Assembly: GCA_963693365.1 (NCBI GenBank)
Contig: CAVNZM010000009.1
Location: forward strand, 4,599,146-4,663,145
Source of the DNA: Amoebidium appalachense
Taxonomy: Eukaryota; Protista; Ichthyosporea
Reading direction: 5' to 3'
Length of the DNA stretch: 64,000 bases
This document shows positions 8,139 through 18,222 of the stretch, in pieces (positions within the stretch are counted from its first letter, which is position 1; each line of letters opens with the position of its first letter). The translations under genes were made by a program, and so were the position numbers. The notes under the pieces are model-generated. The model saw nothing but the letters and a program-made list of their open reading frames with translations. It ran no database searches and was not told the DNA's origin.

Positions 8139-9862
8139 TTACAAGACTGTAGCAAACCTGCCCTCAAGTCTGTCGTCTATTGGGAATATATACTTCCAAA
8201 GGGCGCTGTATTTACCGAGCCCGTCTTTGCAAATGATTATACATGGGGCAGACTTGGGTCCATGGGTACCCGCTACCAATCCCATGTCACAGAGGACATC
8301 GACGGGAACAAATAAAACACTTGACACGACACAAGGGAGATACACCATGAGCATATCGAAATCGCTCACCGAGTAAAATGTTTGCCGTCTGTGTGCACCC
8401 ACATAGGTGCCCAGCATAAATTGCCAGTACGAGCCCATGTCGGTTGCGGTTTTGGCTTGGACTCGTTTGCTTTTCCAGTACATGTCAAACCTTCCATTGT
8501 GCTCGTGTACTTCGGGGTACACAAACTTGGTCTGAAGTACCTCCTCGATTGCAGCTTGTGTCTCAATCTCCCGCATCTGCTTTGCTCCCTTTGGTGTGTT
8601 GACTTGAACGAATGTTTGTAATTGGAGGTTCTCTTCCAGTCTGTCAAGTGTTGTCCTCAGCTCCTCGACAGACGCGACTTCGCGGTCCGCGAATCTAGTC
8701 CGCCCCCCTTGCCCGATGGCAATTTGCCCCGACGCATTCATGACCGGTTCGTTTCCAGCAAAGATCCACAGCCGCCGTGTTATGCCGTCATCTCCAACGC
8801 ACGCGACCACCCCGCCGGGGTATTTGTTGCATCTCATAAATGCAAACGCCGAATCATCCCGTCGTGTGCTGGTCTTCACCGTCACTGCGTAGCCACGTGG
8901 GTTTTCACCAGGCTCCGTCACCCAAAGGAAATCTGCGCCACAGCTTTCCCTTGTCGGCATAATGGTCAGACCGGCCTCTCTGAACATGCACGTGACCCAC
9001 TTCTTTCCTTCTGCGCCTATTTCGATAGCATGGGCGCTTCGGCGCTGAAGGTTGGCGTGTCGCTTCTCGGCGTACTCCTCGTCGTTCTTGGGCAGTTCTT
9101 TGCGCGGGCGTTTGGTGGAAGGCGTCTCGACTTCGTCGGGCCCGAGCGCGCGAGCCCTCTTGTTGCTGGCACAGTTGGGGCAGGCGTTGCCGAGTCGTGT
9201 GCGGTTGTGAATCCAGTTCTCCCACTCGTGACCGTTCGTGCACACCCACCAGACCTTCATCTTCTTGCCGTGGTGCACGCTGTCCGGCGTGGCCTCACCA
9301 TTCTTCGTGGGATGCCACTCGGCGGCGATGGCCGGGAACTTTGCCTGGAGTGTCTCATCCGTCTTCACGCGCATGCTTATCCCCTTGCGCTTGCATGCCG
9401 GGCAGCCAGGTCCGTTCTTCGTGCGGTTCGAGGGGCTCGCCTGCCACTCGACATCACAACCGGGACTGGAACATTTCCACCAGAAGACGTTGCTTGCCTT
9501 GCCGATGTCGGAGGGGGTGATGGGGGTGTTCTTCTCAAAGTGCCATTCTGCGGAAATGTCGGGGAAGAGCGCCGCAAAGGTCTTGTCGGCATCGAGCTTC
9601 TTGGTAAAGTACTTCTTGGGGTCGGCCTTCTTGCGGCACGCGACGCAGCCTGGCTCCTGCTTGATCCGCGCAAACACGTAGGCCTCTCCCGCTGGTTCTT
9701 GTTCATTGTGCGCAGCGCGTCGTTGTCCTTGTCCATGCGTGTTCAACTCCCTCAGCTGCTGGATCAGCCCGTGCAGCCCTCGTTGGCCTCCTTCAGCATC
9801 TTGTTGGTCTCTTGCAGCTGCTTGGTGTGTGCATCTTGGCGCTGTGTATCTGTTTCATCCAT
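8139..9862 (-). CDS. Zinc-ribbon (DUF4379-like) x2 plus tandem PD-(D/E)XK-like nuclease; 5' end frameshifted
   Basis: Two repeats FPxIxAEWHxxKN...WWxC...W....NRT....CPxC, then ADFL...VTVKT and RFDM...VQAKT. Open frame is 8139..9746; a likely true ATG at 9862 starts a coiled-coil leader in other frames. Confidence 0.78.
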
Positions 9863-9917
9863 TGTGTCGTTTGCAGCCGGTTGGGCAGGAGGTGTTTAGT
9901 TTTTCTATCTTTCTATC

Positions 9918-10125
9918 CACGAAGCAAAGCAGTGTGAACAAAAAAAAACGTCCCTCTTATTTTTACGAAGCAAAAGTGTGACCCAAAAAAACCGTCCCTC
10001 TTACACAGTGCAAAATAAAGCAAAATCCTATGATGCGCAAACACACCGTGAACTAAAAAAACTCGCCACTGATTATTTACACGAAGTAAAGCAGTGTGAA
10101 CAAAAAAAAGCGCCCCTTACACAAT
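9918..10125 (+). repeat. Three degenerate ~45-bp repeats
   Basis: ACGAAG(C/T)AAA..AGTGTGA..AAAAAAA..CG(T/C)CC..CTTA at ~9918, ~9965 and ~10080. Confidence 0.75.
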
Positions 10126-10509
10126 GCAAAATAAAACACACACACACACACACACCAAGCCATTTGTATCCAGCTCGGACCCCTTTTTGTGCGCACACTT
10201 CTGGTTGGTGTATAAGTATTGGATCCACGTGAGCGCGAGTTTCCTAAGTGCTGCTCAAAAAGTGACATTTGTTCCCAGCAGGCAGTGCACCGTTGTTTTG
10301 GATGTGATTGTGTACTTTTCCTGACCAATTTTTGTATCCCTGATAGACAGAATAATGCTCGTAATTGTTGGGAAGCATATTCGTGTTTTTTTAGGAGTTG
10401 CTACATCAAAATACATTGTGTTCAAACACTGATGGCCAAGTTGCAAAGATCGGATTACAATCCAATCTGTCAAAATGACAATTCTCAAGTCAAAACATGC
10501 TCTTGTTGA

Positions 10510-10709
10510 TCCAATCAGAATTCATCAATCAGTCAGCAGATTTGGTTGAGCCCCAACTTATCGGATACACCAAGATGCCTAAATGACAATTAGCCAATCA
10601 GATGTTCACGCGATCTCTAGATCCAATCAAGCGTCGCGGCTGGGGTATATCCAACCAATCTAATGCAATAAAGCATCTGATGCCAAAGCCGGGCACGGCA
10701 TATAAAAGC
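10510..10709 (+). promoter_or_regulatory. Pol II-type promoter: four CCAATC boxes plus TATA
   Basis: CCAATC at ~10510, ~10594, ~10623 and ~10655; GGCATATAAAAGC at 10697-10709. Confidence 0.7.
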
Positions 10710-10786
10710 CCATACTCTCTTCAATCCACACACCTTTTCCATGTTAGCTAGCTTCTCCCTTGGCACACAACGTACATCCAACTGTC

Positions 10787-11521
10787 ATGAAAATGAGTTC
10801 TAAAGACATCAAAGATCTAGAAAGGCGCGCTGAAAAAATAGAGACAAGACTCAAGACTTTGGAGGAGGATGCAAAGGCCCTGCGGGACACCCAGGCCCGT
10901 TTCGCGCGCGCCCTTGCTAGGCACGCCCGCATGGCTTTAAGCAAGCGCACCACTACAGCAGCAACCGTGGCACCCCCAGCGCTGACCGTGGCACCCCCAG
11001 CGCTGACCGTGGCACCCCCTGTCCTGGCAGCGGCACCTGCACTTCGTGCTGGCGAGCATGGCAGCTCCTATCCCGTGGACTTGGCCCCCCAGCCCCTGCA
11101 GCGCTCACGTTTGCACATCACACAGGGGTCCAAGACACGGGAGAAACCACGAAGACAGCAGAAGAGGACACGAGAGGAAGTCAGAAGCTCTGGGTCGGAG
11201 GAGGAGCACCATTCTCCAGTGCCTCCTTGGTTCAACTGGAAGACCTTCACACAGGGGTCCAAGACACGGGAGAAACCACGAAGACAGCAGAAGAGGACAC
11301 GAGAGGAAGTCAAAAGCTCTGGGTCGGAGGTACAGGAGGAAGTGCCTCCTTGGTTCAAGACCTTGCTATGGGGACCTGAGGAGTACTCGTCTTCTGAGGA
11401 GCACTCGTCTTCCGAGTCCAAGACCTTGACACGGGGACAGCAGAAAAGGGCACGAGCCAGTGAAGCCAGCAGCTCTGGGGCGTCTTCCGAGTCTTCAGAC
11501 GGAGATATCAACTGGCCTTGA
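10787..11521 (+). CDS. Coiled-coil / low-complexity protein with internal repeats
   Basis: ATG 10787; heptad N-terminus (IKDLERRAEKIETRLKTLEED), (TVAPPAL)x3, duplicated TQGSKTREKPRRQQKRTREEV...VPPWF module and a Ser/acidic tail. Confidence 0.72.
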   Translation: MKMSSKDIKDLERRAEKIETRLKTLEEDAKALRDTQARFARALARHARMALSKRTTTAATVAPPALTVAPPALTVAPPVLAAAPALRAGEHGSSYPVDLAPQPLQRSRLHITQGSKTREKPRRQQKRTREEVRSSGSEEEHHSPVPPWFNWKTFTQGSKTREKPRRQQKRTREEVKSSGSEVQEEVPPWFKTLLWGPEEYSSSEEHSSSESKTLTRGQQKRARASEASSSGASSESSDGDINWP

Positions 11522-11580
11522 CACGGTGAAAAAAGGGGCCGCTATTAGAGAGTAGCCTCAGGCTATTCTAGTGCTTGTGT

Positions 11581-12559
11581 GCAGGTGTACTTAACATTGA
11601 GTGTACTTAGGGTGGGGCTGTGCAGACGTGTACTTAAAGGGTGGGGCTGTGCAGACGTGTACTTAGGATGGTGCAGACGTGTACTTAAAGGGTGGGGCTG
11701 TGCAGACGTGTACTTAAAGGGTGGGGCTGTGCAGACGTGTACTTATGGTTAGGTTTGGGGGGGGCTGTGCAGAGGTGTACTTAGGGTGGTGCAGAGGTGT
11801 ACTTAGGGTGGTGCAGAGGTGTACTTAGGGTGGTGCAGACGTGTACTTAGGGTGGTGCAGAGGTGTACTTAGGGTGGTGCAGAGGTGTACTTAGGGCTGT
11901 GCAGAGGTGTACTTAGGGTGGTGCAGAGGTGTACTTAGGGTGGTGCAGAGGTGTACTTAGGGTGGTGCAGACGTGTACTTAGGGTGGTGCAGAGGTGTAC
12001 TTAGGGTGGTGCAGACGTGTACTTAGGGTGGGGCTGTGCACCACAGTGTACTTAGGGTGGTGCAGACGTGTACTTAGGGTGGGGCTGTGCACCACAGTGT
12101 ACTTAGGGTGGTGCAGACGTGTACTTAGGGTGGTGCAGAGTGTACTTAGGGTGGTGCAGAGGTGTACTTAGGGCTGTGCAGAGGTGTACTTAGGGTGGTG
12201 CAGAGGTGTACTTAGGGTGGTGCAGAGGTGTACTTAGGGTGGTGCAGACGTGTACTTAGGGTGGTGCAGAGTGTACTTAGGGTGGTGCAGAGGTGTACTT
12301 AGGGTGGTGCAGAGGTGTACTTAGGGCTGTGCAGAGGTGTACTTAGGGTGGTGCAGAGGTGTACTTAGGGTGGTGCAGAGGTGTACTTAGGGTGGTGCAG
12401 ACGTGTACTTAGGGTGGTGCAGAGGTGTACTTAGGGTGGTGCAGACGTGTACTTAGGGTGGGGCTGTGCACCACAGTGTACTTAGGGTGGTGCAGACGTG
12501 TACTTAGGGTGGGGCTGTGCACCACAGTGTACTTAGGGTGGTGCAGACGTGTACTTAGG
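11581..12559 (+). repeat. ~1 kb tandem array of a 22-bp TTAGGG-containing unit
   Basis: Roughly 40 units of (G/C)GTGTACTTAGGGTGGTGCAGA, with variants (…AGGGCTGTGCAGA, …GGGGCTGTGCACCACA) recurring in higher-order blocks. Confidence 0.97.
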
Positions 12560-12964
12560 TGGGTGTCTTGTGGTGAAAGTAAAGTTTATGGCATACAGGC
12601 AGATGTGTGCTTTAAGCCTTAGGGAACTGTGGGCAGACATGTCAACACTTGGGCCTATGGGTAGACGTGTACACACTTAGTGTATTTGTTTGTGTCTCTC
12701 ATGGTTATTTTATAGCATGAAGCACTGCAAAAAATGGTGTATGTTTCCGTGGTCCACGTACACAGAATCCTTTAATATGAACACAAGTGATTGTATAGAA
12801 AAAGAGTACGTACGTACATGATAGTCTAGTCAGATTACAAAGAACAAATCAACTTGGACCGAGTATATTCAAATACAAACTAAAAGAGAAAAGAAACAAA
12901 TAAATCAAGACCGATCAATTCAAATACAAATCAAAAGAGAATGCCACTTAGTCGACCAATCAAA

Positions 12965-14165
12965 TCAGTACATCTCATGCTCATACTGGTCAAACTCTTC
13001 CTGGTCAAGATCAATGAGGGGAATTTCTTCAGTTTGTTTATGTTTGGGTTCAGGTTTGCGGTCATACACGACCGACTCACGATCAGACGCAGATTCGTCA
13101 TCTGTCATATCATCGAGTACCTGATTTGCCCGTCGTTTGAGCCGCTTGGGGTTGAATGCTTCATCTGAGTCCCAATCACATTGATCATGGACGCGTTTGG
13201 CGGGTGAGGCAGGTGAAGAGACAGACTCATTACCACCTGTGTATGCCTTCAAGTTCTTCTCCCGTCGCAGAATCTTCCTTCGGATGCTTTTTATGGTGTT
13301 TTGGGCTGCACACACAGCAGCAATGGCCAGGCCCTCCGCCATTTCATCTTCAGCCGCCTTTGCCTCTTTGACACGCTCTCGAGCATTCTGGAGCTCCCCC
13401 CTCACACTAGTTAGCTGTGCATCGAGGTCCATCGTATGGTCATGCAACGAAGTCTCAGGTGTTTTGGTGTGCTTGGGCCTGGGCTTAGCGGCAGGGGTGG
13501 TCTTGGCAGGAGTGGTCTTGGTGGTAGGGGTGGTCTTGGCAGGAGTGGTCTTGGTGGTAGGGGTGGTCTTGGCAGGAGTGGTCTTGGTGGTAGGGGTGGT
13601 CTTGGCAGGAGTGGTCTTGGCGGCAGGGGTGGGGGCAGTCACAGGGGCGGTCTTTGCGACAGGGGTGGGGGCAGTCACAGGGGCGGTCTTTGCGACAGGG
13701 GTGGGGGCAGTCACAGGGGCGGTCTTTGCGACAGGGGTGGGGGCAGTCACAGGGGTGGTCTTTGCGGCAGGGGGGGGGGGCAGTCACAGTGGTGGTGTTG
13801 GCGGCAGGGGTGGGGTCAGCAGTCACAGTGGTGGTGTTGGCGGCAATGGTAGTCTTGCGAGGGCCACTGAAAATGTAGTTTTCATAGGCCACCTGGCCAT
13901 CCCGACGGGGTGCTGCAGCCCGTTGCAGGCTGGCAAGCTCGGCCTGCAGGGTCTTGATCTGCTCTTCGGCTGCCCTCAGTCGTGCCTCTACATCAGAGGG
14001 CTGGGGTTGGGGGGGTCGGGGGGTACGCGCAGCATTCTCATTGGTCACTTGACTGCGGAGGCTGATGAGGTCGGTGTGCAGGGCCGTTAAGCGAGACGAA
14101 TGGTCCGTGTACAGAAAATCAAAGCGCTTCTGCAGCTGTTGAAGCTCCTCTTTCAAAGAATCCAT
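12965..14165 (-). CDS. Coiled-coil / Thr-Pro-Lys-Ala repeat protein of ~400 aa, with one frameshift in a G homopolymer near 13770-13780
   Basis: MDSLKEELQQLQKRF frame joins the (TAPTPVAKTAPV)n (TTPAKTTPTTK)n frame across the poly-G run; second coiled coil and acidic C-terminus. Confidence 0.75.
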
Positions 14166-14259
14166 GTTTCGTGTGAGTGTTTGAAAAACAAGTTTGTTGT
14201 GTGTCGCCTTTTACTATTGAGTGTCAGTGTTGAAATGAGTGAATGTGACCGTGTGTGCT

Positions 14260-14424
14260 GCTTTTATATGCCACGGTACAAAGCAGCTTACAGCAATGGT
14301 GCCAAGGCTCAATGGGATAGATCTGACCAATCAACGGTCATTGTCACTCAAACGGCTTTGATGATTGGCAAAGTATCACGTCTAAGCTTGATGAAAACAA
14401 ACCCGTGGCTGCTAACCATTGGCT
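14260..14424 (-). promoter_or_regulatory. Pol II-type promoter: TATA plus CCAAT boxes
   Basis: GGCATATAAAAGC on the minus strand at 14260-14272; CCAAT/ATTGG at ~14327, ~14364 and ~14418. Confidence 0.7.
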
Positions 14425-14464
14425 GTGTATAGATCTAACCAAAAAAGGAAGGCACAACAAATTA

Positions 14465-14974
14465 GTGCCCTGCACACGGAGCATGACTATAGGCTGTTTA
14501 GACACCACACGTGTAGGGCACTGCCTCTTGGCACCAACCAGAAGAGGGTAGAAATTGTGCCCTGCACACGGAGCATGCCTATAGGCTGTTTAGACACCAC
14601 ACGTGTAGGGCACTGCCTCTTGGCACCAACCAGAAGAGGGTAGAAATTGTGCCCTGCACACGGAGCATGCCTATAGGCTGTTTAGACACCACACGTGTAG
14701 GGCACTGCCTCTTGGCACCAACCAGAAGAGGGTAGAAATTGTGCCCTGCACACGGAGCATGCCTATAGGCTGTTTAGACACCACACGTGTAGGGCACTGC
14801 CTCTTGGCACCAACCAGAAGAGGGTAGAAATTGTGCCCTGCACACGGAGCATGCCTATAGGCTGTTTAGACACCACACGTGTAGGGCACTGCCTCTTGGC
14901 ACCAACCAGAAGAGGGTAGAAATTGTGCCCTGCACACGGAGCATGCCTATAGGCTGTTTAGACACCACACGTGT
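14465..14974 (+). repeat. 92-bp tandem repeat, 5.5 near-identical copies with internal palindromes
   Basis: Units start at 14465, 14557, 14649, 14741, 14833 and 14925. Confidence 0.97.
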
Positions 14975-15044
14975 TGTGGCTTCTGCCTTTATCACCCACA
15001 CACCCCCACGTGCCAACATACACTATCCTCCCCGTGAGTGGCAT

Positions 15045-15420
15045 GCCAGTCCCCCCAGTCCCCCCAGCCCCCCAGCCCCCCTGCCCCCCTGCCCCCCTGC
15101 CCCCCTGCCCCCCTGCCCCCCTGCCTGCCGGAACCAGGCCCCCCAGTGGTGGCATTCCAACACGTGCATGCTAGAAGATCGTGCTACATGAACAAATGGT
15201 CTTAACTCAGCCATACACACAACCATGGTTCCCCCACTCTCCCCAGCCTCCTGTGCACGTGCGCCACCCCAGCCCCCCTGCCTCCCCTGCCCCCCTGCCC
15301 CCCCTGCTGCCGGAACCACGGCCCCCAGTGGTGGCAGTGAGTGTCCCCCCTGCCTCCCCTGCACGTGTGCCCCCCCTGCCTCCCCTGCCTCCCGGAACCA
15401 CGCCCCGGCGCAGTGGCAGC
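15045..15420. repeat. Three C-rich modules (CCCCCTG)n-CCGGAACCA
   Basis: (CCCCCCTG)n tracts each ending in CCGGAACCA, then ..GCCCC..; G4-prone on the minus strand. Confidence 0.8.
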
Positions 15421-15450
15421 TATTTTTAGATATAGAGATTCCATGGCCAC

Positions 15451-15542
15451 ATGGCCAGATGGCCAGATCATTTTGCTCACCGTTTTATCCCGTTTTATCC
15501 ACCTTTTTCCACACACTGAATTTGACCTGGCCATCTGGCCAT
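15451..15542. repeat. 20-bp inverted repeat
   Basis: ATGGCCAGATGGCCAGATCA ... TGACCTGGCCATCTGGCCAT, one mismatch, ~52-nt spacer. Confidence 0.85.
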
Positions 15543-15640
15543 CTGGGTAGAGACCGTTTTCTGTTCTGATATTGGAGAACTGTCTGATAGTGATAGCAAA
15601 TGTCATTCGAAGAACAATCGGGAAACCCCGTGGTGTGACA

Positions 15641-15716
15641 ACCAATCAGAATGAAGCAATCACATAACACTAGATCGGTTTTGATTGGCTCAGTTCGGTA
15701 GCCGTAGGTATATAAG
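15641..15716 (+). promoter_or_regulatory. CCAAT + TATA promoter with no downstream ORF
   Basis: ACCAATCAG, TTTTGATTGGCTCA and AGGTATATAAG. Confidence 0.55.
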
Positions 15717-17261
15717 CACGACAGTTTTTAGCAGATCAGCAAGCAACAACACATCTTCTGTGTTTAGCACCTACAGCTTTACAGCTATATTTTCTTTTTC
15801 ACCCACCCACCTACACCCTACACTCAACCCCCATTGATCCCCACATACGTGCTGTTTTTTCACGGGGCGAAGACTTCCCCCGTTTTTTGGGCACAAGGAC
15901 CTCACGGATCAATAAATTGATGACTGGGGGCCTGCCGTGGTTTACAACCATTGCAGGTTCACTTTCGTCCAAGGGGATGTCCCCCTAGAGGCAACACACG
16001 TCCCGGAGTAGTTTTCATAGAAGGTATTTTTCACACAATAGATTAGTTAGTAGGCAGCTAAAAAAAAAAAAAAAGAAAGAAAGAAATAAAGAAAGAAAGG
16101 GGGGAAATAGATGTAGGAAAAAGTCAACCCTTTTTTGTGATGTGGCAAAAGCGAAGCAGTTGTAAAAAGGAAAAAAAAAAAAAAAAAAAAAAAAAGGTCC
16201 AAAAAAAAGCTGATGTATAACAACTAAAAAGCAGGAATATAGCAGACTGAGTATTGATACACTTTAGATGGCCCAAAAAAGAATCATTTCATACTTGACA
16301 CATTTGCTCATCTGCCGGTTTCTTTCGTTCGTTCATCAGCACACACGCACAGGGATATCAATTACATTTGGTTTCTAAAGAGCATCAAGTGCGTGAACGT
16401 TCTGTTGCTGAGTGGCCCGTGCAGTTGGCGACCACGAAATGTTCAAATGGTAAGCGCGCGCTTCAGGCGGCTCACTAAACGAGCCTAATATGGCTTATCA
16501 GATTGCGATCTTGGCTGAGTCCGGCTGAGTCGGCCGTCACGGTGGTGTGAGTCAAGTAAGTGAAAACACGACCAAAAATATAAGGGCGAAGAAAAATTTA
16601 AACGATAAACAAGAGTCACAGTTTACGGTGAAATGAGGATAGGAGGGAGGGAGTCTTTATTTTCACGAAAAAAATGTGCGGTTGGCAGAGTTCAAGGGCC
16701 ACATTTTGAGTTCTCTTTTGTTGCACTAGTTTTCTTGTGATGTGTCCGGTCACTCAACTGAGGTTCATGATTAATGTAGTCCACGGGGCTTTTTTGGTGC
16801 AATTTTTTGGCGTGCTGTTGTGTTTTTTGCAAACAGAGACTGTACGAGGAAACCCAACCGTGGGAATTGAATGGTGAAGGAAGGAAAAAACACCAACCAA
16901 ACTTGATTTTTTTTTCGCCTTTCCTCTTTCTGCAACCAGCCCTCGTGCCTTAGGCTAAACACTTAACATTCGGATCCAACGGTTTTGTTGCCTGGCCGTA
17001 CGTGGTGTTATGTATCTAGTATCTTAGTATACACTCAGCCTGCAAAACCTTCTCTTTAACTGGCATTAACGTTTTCTCCTGCCCTGTGCAAACGCAAGAA
17101 CACCGATAATCCATGATGGGCAATCACTGTTCGTTTGATTTGTACAAAGCAGATGAGATTCCCTGTGGAGGGTTTGATTGCAACACCTTCCATCTAGTTC
17201 AGGTACTTTTCCTCTTAGATGTCTCCCCCCCCCCCCTCCACCCCCTTTCTTTTTTTTTTTT

Positions 17262-17292
<31 letters not shown>

Positions 17293-17389
17293 GGGAGAGG
17301 GAGGGAGGGGGGAAGAAATAGACTAGCAAATACATTAATATTATATAAACGTAACCAAATCATTTTCCGATCCTGGAATTTCCCTTTCC

Positions 17390-17459
<70 letters not shown>

Positions 17460-18029
17460 GCCCTTTCCCTCGCGCGCGCGCCTTCTCCCCCTCGATCAGG
17501 TCGAAGGCTCCTTTGCTGTTTCTTTCGATTCTTTTATTCTGCGCACGCACAAGCACACACGACCACAATCTCGCGCACACAAGGCAGAAGTATATGAGAT
17601 GTGGATGCTGTAAACACATGGTTCCAATTCAATTTATGCGGAACCTGTCACCTTTCGACCGACCTAACCTCCAGAGACGGTGGCAGATGAGACGGCACAG
17701 GAAGTGATGGATCGAATTCTTTTTTTCCCCTCTCTATTATTTTTTATTACATTATTATTATTGTTGCTATTATTGTTGTTGTTATTATTTGATTTATTTA
17801 TATATTTATTTATCTATTTTGGGGGGGGGGGGGGGGGGGGGGGGGGGAGGAGGGGAAGGGGGGAGGGGGGAGGGAAGGGGCAACCTTTCATTGCAACTCT
17901 TGCAATCACCATTTTGCGCAGCCGTCTTTGCACGCGTGTGTGTCTTTGCCTCGAGCTGGAGTTTTGTTTTCAAAGTATCTATATTACCCCCTCCCCCCCC
18001 CACTCCCCCCCTACCCCTCCCCACCCCCC

Positions 18030-18064
<35 letters not shown>

Positions 18065-18222
18065 TTCCCTCCTCCCCCCCCCTCCCCCCCTCCCCCCCCC
18101 CCCCCCCCCCCACCCAAAAAAAAAAAAACAAAAAAACCAAAAAAAAAAACCAGAATTCCATGGCTGGGTATACATGCTACATACTGATCAACCCCGATTT
18201 GACTAACCCGATTACCCCGTAG

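Larger units (their letters stand above)
1..15800. mobile_element. Right-hand end of a giant endogenous viral element (Nucleocytoviricota); continues off the left edge; right boundary approximate (between ~9.9 and ~16.0 kb)
   Basis: Cluster of NCLDV hallmark genes (MCP, VLTF3, Erv1/Alr), intron-less, tightly packed and GC-rich. It is contiguous with intron- and microsatellite-rich eukaryotic DNA from ~16 kb. Including 10-15.8 kb in the element is inference. Confidence 0.88.

Noticed and set aside
11581-12559. True chromosomal telomere
   Set aside because: The array is internal, flanked by genes on both sides, and not a pure short repeat.
13768-13782. Programmed frameshift in the 14165 gene
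   Set aside because: It falls in a G homopolymer, where sequencing error is the simpler explanation.
11581-14974. CRISPR array interpretation of the 22-bp and 92-bp repeats
   Set aside because: Units are head-to-tail with no unique spacers and no cas genes are present.
15972-15989. Helitron 3' end (GGGGA-TG-TCCCC then CTAG)
   Set aside because: The stem is very short, spacing to CTAG is atypical, and no Rep/helicase is present.
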